Part shown: positions 57,290 through 64,000 of the stretch, one piece after another
Layout: every line of letters begins with the position of its first letter
How positions within the stretch are numbered: position 1 is the first letter of the stretch
Assembly (NCBI GenBank): GCA_963779415.1
Contig: CAVZYA010000001.1
Coordinates: forward strand, 1,632,001-1,696,000
DNA from: an uncultured Acidobacteriota bacterium
GTDB taxonomy: Bacteria > Acidobacteriota > Thermoanaerobaculia > UBA5066
Length of the DNA stretch: 64,000 nucleotides
Direction of reading: 5' to 3'
Made by a program: the position numbers and the translations under genes
Notes under the pieces: generated by a model
The model's database searches: none
The model's input: only the letters and a program-made list of their open reading frames with translations
Told to the model about the DNA's origin: nothing

Positions 57290-57754
57290 GTGCCACCGTC
57301 CAAGAGCAGCCAGATCCGGCTCGTCGGACAGAAGATCCGGCAGATCCGGAAGAGCCGGCACCTGACGCAGTCGGACCTCGCCAAAGAGATCGGCGTGACG
57401 CAGTCCGACCTTTCGAGGATGGAGAACGGCGAGTACAAGGTCGGCCTCGACGCCCTCTTCAAGATCCTTCAGATCTTCGAGCTCTCGATGAGCCAGTTCT
57501 TCGGCGAGCCGGTGCCGGCCGAGGCGTCGCCCGCTCCCGGGGCGTTCCCCGGGGACTCCGATCTCGCGCGCGACTGGGAAGCGCTCTCCGTCGAGGCGCA
57601 GCGGGAGGTCCGCGAGTTCGTCGCCTTCAAGAAGCTCCAGACCGAGTTCCGGCGGCCGGTTTCGCCCCCGGAGATTCCTCGTGCCGTTTCCCCGAAACCG
57701 GAGCCGGAAAATTCCGTTCCGCTCGGGGACGACGAGGAAGAACCCGAAATCTGA
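57290..57754 (+). CDS. XRE-family HTH transcriptional regulator
   Basis: VGQKIRQIRKSRHLTQSDLAKEIGVTQSDLSRMENG. Confidence 0.88.
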   Translation: MPPSKSSQIRLVGQKIRQIRKSRHLTQSDLAKEIGVTQSDLSRMENGEYKVGLDALFKILQIFELSMSQFFGEPVPAEASPAPGAFPGDSDLARDWEALSVEAQREVREFVAFKKLQTEFRRPVSPPEIPRAVSPKPEPENSVPLGDDEEEPEI

Positions 57755-57782
57755 CGAGCCGCCCGGGACCTTCCCTTTCTTC

Positions 57783-58783
57783 TCAGATTCCGTCCGGGAG
57801 ACCCGCACGGGGGTCGCCATCGTAGAGATGGGAGAACGTCTCGGCCGCGGCGCGCCCGTCGGCCGTCTGCCGCCTCGGAAGAACGACGTGGACCCGATAG
57901 TAGTGGTCGCCCGGAGCGGACGCTCGCGGATTCGAGATGCCGTACCCCTTGAGTCGAAAACGCTGGCCGCTCGCCGTGCCGGGGGGGATCTTCGCGCGGA
58001 CGGGACCGCGGATCGTCGGGACCTCGATCTCCGCGCCGAGATACGCTTCGGAAACCGTGACCGGGACGTCCGCGTTGATGTCGTCCCCCTCGCGGCCGAA
58101 GTAGGGGTGCGGCTCGACGGTGAGGGAGAGGTAGAGATCGCCCTCCTCCGTCCGCCCCTTGCCCGGGAGACGGATCTTCGAGCCCGTCGCGACGCCCGGC
58201 GGGACCCGCACGGTCACCTTCTCGTTCTCGACGAGGCTGCGCGAGCCTCGGCAGGCGGGGCAGACGCCGCCCCCCGCGCGGCCGGTTCCGTTGCAGCGGC
58301 GGCACCGGCGCGAGAGCCGGGCCCGAGAACGTCACGGTCCCCCCGAGGACCGCGTCGCGAAAAGGGATGGTCAGTTCCGCCGCCGCGTCCTCGTCCTCTT
58401 CCTCGGCTCCGAAGGGGATTCCGCCGAAACCCCGGCCCCTCACCCGAACGGGAAAAGAGCTCCGAAAAGAGGTCGCCGTAGTCCCCCTGCCAGTGGAATG
58501 CCCCTCCGGCCCCCGGGGCGCCGCGGAACGGCCCGCCCGCGCCGGGCGGTGGCCCCGCCGGAGGAACGGTGCCCGTCTCGCCCGTCCGGTCGAAATGCTC
58601 GCGCCGCTTCGGATCCTTGAGAACTTCGTATGCGGCCGCGATCTCCTGGAACTTGCGCTGCGCGGAGGCGTCTCCGGGGTTCACGTCGGGGTGGTGCTTC
58701 CGGGCGAGCCTGCGGTAGGCCTTCTTGATCTCCGCGTCGGTGGCGCGGCGATTCACTCCGAGTACTTCGTACGGGCTTTTCAT
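57783..58783 (-). CDS. DnaJ/CbpA-like chaperone, frameshifts near 58440 and 58320
   Basis: J domain with HPD; partial Zn finger CxxCxGxG; DnaJ C-terminal domain. Confidence 0.85.
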
Positions 58784-58891
58784 GAAGAAGATCGCGCCCA
58801 AAGCGCGGCGTCGGACCTAAGATTAGACCGTGGCCGCACGCAGGGCCAGACCGCCTTTCGAAAATCGACCCGGACGGCGGTGGGAGCGTTC

Positions 58892-60189
58892 GTGAGCATC
58901 GCGCATCATCGCGACATCCTTTCGATGGTTCTCGCCGGAGGGATGGGCGAGCGCCTCTTCCCTCTCACGCGCGACCGCGCCAAGCCGGCGGTGCCGTTCG
59001 GGGGCCGCTACCGGATCATCGATTTCGTCCTCAACAACCTCGTCAACTCGGGCCTCAGGAAGATCAAGGTTCTGACGCAGTTCAAGTCGAACTCGCTCAT
59101 CGAGCACATCATCCGGACCTGGCGCCTGACCTTCGACATCGGCGAGTTCGTCGACCCGGTTCCCGCGCAGATGCGGCGCGGACCGCACTGGTTCCGCGGC
59201 ACGGCGGACGCCGTCTACCAGAACCTGAACCTGATCTTCGACGAGGAGCCGCGGCACGTCTGCATCTTCGGCGGCGACCACATCTACACGATGGACGTCA
59301 ACCCGATGCTCCAGTTCCACCAGGAAGGGGGGCACGACCTGACGATCGCCGCCTTGCCGGTGCCGATCGCACGAGGCCTCACGCTTCGGGGTCCTCGAGG
59401 TCGACGCCTCGGGACGCGTCATCGGCTTCGAGGAGAAGCCGAAGGCGCCCCGCTCCCTTCCGTCGGCGCCGGGGCTCGCCCTCGCCTCGATGGGAAACTA
59501 CGTCTTCCGCGCGAATTTCCTGATCGACTCGCTCGAGCACGACGCGCTGCAGGACACCTCGCACGACTTCGGCAAGACGATCATCCCCGGGGCCCTTCGC
59601 GACGGCGCGCGGATCTTCGCCTACGACTATCTCGACGAACCGGGTGCCGGGCGAGGAGGATCTCGCCCCGTACTGGAGGGACGTCGGAACCGTCGACTCC
59701 TACTGGGACGCGTCGATGGACCTGATCTCCGTCACGCCGCCGCTCAGCCTCTACAACCCGAAGTGGCCGATCAAGAGCCATTCGCCCCAGCTCCCGCCCG
59801 CCAAGTTCGTCTTCGCCGACGCGGTCTCCCAGCGCATCGGCCTCGCGACCGACTCCATGGTCGCGTCGGGCTGCATCATCTCGGGCGGGACGATTCACCG
59901 GTCGATCCTCTTCCCCCGCGTCCGCGTGAATTCCTTCTCGCACATCGAGGAATGCGTCCTCATGGACGGCGTCGAGGTGGGGCGCTACGCGCGCCTCCGC
60001 CGGGTCATCGCCGACAAGGGCGTCAAGATCCCGGCCCGGGTCGAGATCGGATTCGACGAAGAGGAGGACCGTCGCCGGTTCCACGTCTCCGACGGGGGCG
60101 TCGTGGTCCTGCCGAAAGGGAGCGAAATCGTCGACTCCGGCGGCCCAGGTCGCGATTTCGGGTTGATTCGCCCCTCCGGCTCCAAATAA
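58892..60189 (+). CDS. glgC: Glucose-1-phosphate adenylyltransferase, frameshifts near 59375 and 59635
   Basis: [54 protein letters not shown]. Confidence 0.92.
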
Positions 60190-60224
60190 AATTCGGGCGG
60201 CGCCTCAAAAGGCCCGAATTTTTT

Positions 60225-60683
60225 ATGGACGAGATAGATCGTCAGATCCTCGATCTCCTTCAGCGCGACGGGAAGATTTCGCAGGCCCGGATCGCGGAAG
60301 CCGTCGGCCTGACGACGCCGTCCGTCAATGAGCGGATCAAGAAGCTCGAGACCCGAGGCTTCATCCGACGCTTCACGGCCCTGCTCGATCCGCGCCTTCT
60401 CGGAATGCCCCTCGTCGCCTACGTGGACGTGGGTCTCGAGCATCCCCGTTTCGAGCGCCCGTTCCTCGAGGAGATTGAGACGCTTCTCGACGTCCAGGAG
60501 TGCTGTGCGATCTCCGGAGATTTCGGCTACCGGCTCAAGGTACGCGCCCGCGACGTGGACCACCTCGAGCGGATTCTCCGCGAGAGGATCCAGACGCTCC
60601 GGGGCGTCGTCCGGACTCGCGTCGAGCTCTCCCTCTCGGTGAAGAAGGACTCGACGCTCCTTCCGGTCACGGAAGGGGCCTGA
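60225..60683 (+). CDS. Lrp/AsnC-family transcriptional regulator
   Basis: MDEIDRQILDLLQRDG..., ERIKKLE..G.I, ECCAISGDFGY. Confidence 0.92.
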   Translation: MDEIDRQILDLLQRDGKISQARIAEAVGLTTPSVNERIKKLETRGFIRRFTALLDPRLLGMPLVAYVDVGLEHPRFERPFLEEIETLLDVQECCAISGDFGYRLKVRARDVDHLERILRERIQTLRGVVRTRVELSLSVKKDSTLLPVTEGA

Positions 60684-60831
60684 CGCCCCAAGGTGCTGCC
60701 TCCGGGCGTCATTTCGTCAGCGACCGACCCCCAAATGGGATGAGCGACCGACCGGCTGATCGGTCAATGACATGTCTCAACTCTCTCAAAAAAAAAGGGT
60801 TGAAGACGCCGGGCCCGGTGGACAAAACCGA

Positions 60832-60847
60832 AGGCACCCGGTTTGCG
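60832..60847 (+). promoter_or_regulatory. Candidate sigma-54 promoter
   Basis: AGGCACCCGGTTTGCG (GGCAC-N5-TTGC, GG-N10-GC). Confidence 0.6.
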
Positions 60848-60857
60848 TAAAAGAGAG

Positions 60858-61032
60858 CAGGAGATCGAAACGACATCAGGGAAACCGAAATGCACGAGAT
60901 CTTCAATTCCCGCCCCAGCACCCGCTGGCTCTTCAGCCTTCGGGCCCACCTCCACCATCCTTCCTGATCCTATTCCGCACATCTGACATCCCGCCGCCGC
61001 AACCCCCGCCCGATCCGAAAGATCGGGTGGGG
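60858..61032 (+). ncRNA. Candidate small RNA or 25-codon sORF transcript
   Basis: Lies between the sigma-54 motif and a strong hairpin (61004-61032); contains sORF 60890-60967. Confidence 0.35.
61004..61032. terminator. Strong hairpin, possibly bidirectional terminator
   Basis: ccccgcccgatc-cgaaa-gatcgggtgggg. Confidence 0.6.
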
Positions 61033-61091
61033 CCCGCCGCATTCGGAGAGCCGAAGTCCCCCGCACCGCACGCTGAATCGGGACGCCGTCT

Positions 61092-61674
61092 CTAGAACCG
61101 GTACCCGAAGCCGCCCGTCAGGAAGAAAAACTTGTGGTCGAGTCTGTGTCTTCGGCACGTCGTACGAAGCCTCGACCCGGAAATCGAAGCGCGGAGTGAT
61201 CCGGAATACCGCCTGAGTCCCGACGCACCACCCGAAGACGGTCTGCGCCGGGTCGGCGGCCACCTGATCGGTTCCGGGCGCCTTGGGGGAGACGTCGAAG
61301 ACGCCGAGCCCGGCGAGGAGCCCCGCTTCCCACCACGGCTCCCGATAGCGGTAGGTGACGATGACGAGGCCGGAGTTCACCTGGATGTCCGGGGCGCCCG
61401 GCGCGCCCCCCGGAAGCGTGACGAACTGCCCTCGCGCCTGCAGGAGGACGTCGTTGCGCGCGCCGTAGGTCTCGAGTGAGGCTTCGAAGAAGACGTAGCC
61501 TCCGAAGTGACTGAAGCTGTTGTCGGTGACGTTCGCTCCCACGTCGGCGATGGCGCCGCCACCTCCGCCCGCCGCAAACGTCTGCGCGGCGGCGGGCGCG
61601 GCCGCGGAGAGGAAAAGCGCGAAGGCGACCACGCAGAGGCGGCGGAGAGCAGCAGAGCGTTTTGGGCGGCTCAT
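61092..61674 (-). CDS. Small outer-membrane beta-barrel protein, frameshift near 61140
   Basis: Signal peptide, alternating beta strands; the shifted frame ends FFFLTGGFGYRF-stop (BAM signal). Confidence 0.72.
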
Positions 61675-61744
61675 CTTCCGTTCAGCATAGGCGCCGGGAA
61701 TCCGGAGCGTCAATACCGCCACGAACGGGAACGCCTCGACTAGA

Positions 61745-62511
61745 ATGCCCCGACGTGACGTTTCTGGACGCCCTGTCTTCCCCCCGGGTCCCCACGCCCG
61801 CCGTCATCATTCGCTCTCTTCCTCTCGCCTGATCGCCCCCTCGCGCTGCGCCGGCTGTGGCGGGCCTCGGCGCGAAGCCGGCGGCGGCGGGTTCTGTCCC
61901 TCCTGCTGGAAAGGCCTTCCCCGCTTCGAGACCGGTTCGACCTGTCCCCGATGCGCGATCCCGACGGGCGGCACGCTTTGTCGGGGGTGTGCCGCCTCGG
62001 AGCCGCCCGTCGAACGGGCCGTGGCTTTCGGCCCGTATGAGGGGGGCTTGAAACGGCTCGTCCACGCGGTGAAGTTCCAGGGCTACGACATCGCCGCGGC
62101 GCCCGCCGGCGCCCTTCTTGCGGACGCCGTGCGGGGCGAGGGGATCGACGCTCCCGACGCCGTCGTGGCCGTCCCTTCGACGCGCCGCCGAAACCGGGAG
62201 CGAGGCTACGACCCCGGAGCCCTCCTCGCCGAGGAGCTTGGCCGGCGCCTTTCCATTCGCCTCATCCCCGCGCTTGCACGCGTGAGAGAGACCCCACCCC
62301 AGTCCGCGCTGGGAGCTTCCGAGCGGCGCTCCAACGTCGCCGGCGCCTTCCGGGGCCGCCCGATTGCCGCCGGCCGGTCGCTTCTTCTCGTCGACGACGT
62401 GATGACGACGGGAGCGACGGCCTTCGCGGCCGCCGGGGCGCTCCGGGACGCCGGCGCGAGACGCGTCGACCTCGCCATCCTCGCGCGGACTCCGGAGCCG
62501 GAGATGCATGA
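61745..62511 (+). CDS. comF: ComF-family protein (Zn ribbon plus PRT domain); stop obscured by an indel
   Basis: CxxC clusters, RERGYD, RRSNVAGAF, LLVDDVMTTGAT. Confidence 0.85.
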
Positions 62512-63423
62512 GCCTTTTCGACCGACTCGTCGTCGCCTCGATCCCCTTCATCCCGCGCGGCGTCGTCCACCGGGTGGCGCGCCGATACGTCGCGGGGGAG
62601 ACGCTGGAGGACGCGATCGCCACCGCGCGGTCGCTCGCCGCCGAGGGGGCGATGGCGACCCTCGACGTCCTGGGCGAGAGCGTGACGCGCCCCGAGCAGA
62701 CCGAGGCCGCGCGAGACGAGTACCTCCGGGTGCTCGACGCCATCGCCGCGAGCGGCCTTCCGGCGAACACGTCGGTCAAGCCGACGGCGGTGGGGCTCAG
62801 CGATCGACCCCGATCTCGGCGCGCCGCAATCTCGCGGCGATCTGCCGGAAGGCGGCCGGCCACGGCATCTTCGTCCGCCTCGACATGGAGGACACCCCCT
62901 ACACGGAAAAGACGATCCGCCTCGCGCTCGACCTGAAAGCGGAGTTCGGAAACGTCGGGACGGTTCTGCAGGCATACCTCCGCCGAAGCCTCTCCGATCT
63001 CGACCGGCTCGGTCGAGGCGCAGATGAACGTCCGGATCTGCAAGGGGATCTACAACGAGAAGCGGGAACTGGCCTACAAGGGCCACGACGTCGTCGTCCG
63101 GAACTTCGCCGCGATGGTGGAGAAGCACCTCGGCTCCGGCGGCTACGCGGCCATCGCGACCCACGACGAGGCATGCGTCCAGAGCGGCGCTCGCGACGAT
63201 CGACCGGCTGAAGCTCCCGGGGAACGCCTACGAGTTCCAGATGCTCCTCGGAGTCGATCCGCTCCTCCGGCGCGTCCTGATCGCCTCGGGGCACCGGCTT
63301 CGCGTCTACGTCCCCTTCGGGCGCGACTGGTACGCGTACTCCACGCGAAGGCTGAAGGAGAACCCGTCGATCGCCCGCCACATCGTGAACGCCATGCTCG
63401 GGATGGGGCCTTCCGGAAGCTGA
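62508..63423 (+). CDS. Proline dehydrogenase (monofunctional), frameshifts near 62800, 63015 and 63190
   Basis: RYVAGE, LDVLGE, RLDMED, VLQAYL, RICKGIY, IATHD, EFQMLLG, RVYVPFG..WYAYSTRRLKENP. Confidence 0.88.
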
Positions 63424-63487
63424 CCTCTGGTTTCCCCGGTTGACGTCCGGAGGAGAAGGGGACGATGATTCCCGGCGGGAAACGGCC

Positions 63488-64000
63488 GTGCAAAGACTGC
63501 GGAGCCCCTTCGCCTGCATTCTGGCCTGCGCGGCGGCGTTCCTCGTGGTCCGGAGCGCGGACGGGGCGGAGACGCCGCGTGGCGCGCCGATCTCGGGGAT
63601 CGTTCGCGCGGGAAAGGTCGCGCTCTCCGGCGTGACGGTGATCCTCCGCACCGTGACGCCGGGCGGAGAACCCTCCACGCGCATCGTGGCGTCCGACCGG
63701 GACGGGACGTTCGTCGTCCCGAACGCCCCCGCCGGCGTCTACACGCTCTTGGCCGCCGTGCCGCGGCTCCCGTTCGCGGTGGCCCGCGTGCTTCACTCGC
63801 CGTCTCCGGACGCCGTGACGTTCGTCCTGCTCGATCTCGGCGAGGCGCCCGGCATCCTTCCCGGGACGCCGCGCGGAAAGGCCGATCCCTTCGTCGCCCG
63901 CGCCGTGACACAGGGAGACGTCCTTCGCGACGTGGCGGCAATCCTTTCCGCCCTGGATGCCCCCCCGCCGGAGACCAAGATCCCGGCGACGGGCTCGCAG
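63488..64000 (+). CDS. Secreted protein with carboxypeptidase-regulatory-like domain; runs off the window
   Basis: Open frame from GTG 63488: signal peptide, ISGIVR..LSGVTV..SDRDGTFVVPNAPAGVYTL. Confidence 0.7.
   Translation, partial: MQRLRSPFACILACAAAFLVVRSADGAETPRGAPISGIVRAGKVALSGVTVILRTVTPGGEPSTRIVASDRDGTFVVPNAPAGVYTLLAAVPRLPFAVARVLHSPSPDAVTFVLLDLGEAPGILPGTPRGKADPFVARAVTQGDVLRDVAAILSALDAPPPETKIPATGSQ

Noticed and set aside
59490-60683. Apparent GlgC-Lrp fusion ORF
   Set aside because: Frameshift artefact; lrp starts at 60225
60890-60967. His-containing sORF as a classical his attenuator leader
   Set aside because: No co-oriented biosynthetic operon follows and the His codons are not a long run; kept only as an sRNA/sORF candidate
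61745-63211. 488-aa ComF with a long extension
   Set aside because: Read-through into an off-frame of the proline dehydrogenase gene, caused by an indel near 62505

Overview
GC-rich bacterial chromosome segment. The gene content (sulfatase-TPR lipoprotein, GWxTD protein, CRTAC1/ASPIC and FG-GAP proteins, TonB-dependent receptor, PEGA and PKD surface proteins) suggests Acidobacteriota, probably Thermoanaerobaculia; this is an inference. About 55 genes are present. Roughly a dozen are split by single-base indels, most likely long-read errors. Layout: 1-16 kb housekeeping, lipid and polyamine genes (arfB, yciH, plsC-like, desaturase, pepQ-aguA-aguB, pcm); 15-25 kb sigma-54 activator plus partner-switching cluster (RsbU/V/W-like); tmk-holB; 27-33.5 kb lower-GC islet with three secreted proteins sharing a near-identical 114-aa C-terminal domain, plus a GT-C glycosyltransferase; 33.5-57.7 kb surface-glycan locus whose wzm and wzt genes are separated by an FG-GAP lipoprotein, a strongly expressed S-layer-like gene and a ~1800-aa PKD protein; then dnaJ-like, glgC, lrp, a candidate sigma-54-dependent small RNA/peptide, an outer-membrane beta-barrel, comF and proline dehydrogenase. 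The best candidate for an undescribed system is an S-layer/surface-protein display and glycosylation system with its own C-terminal targeting domains. No rRNA, tRNA, CRISPR array or transposase was recognised.
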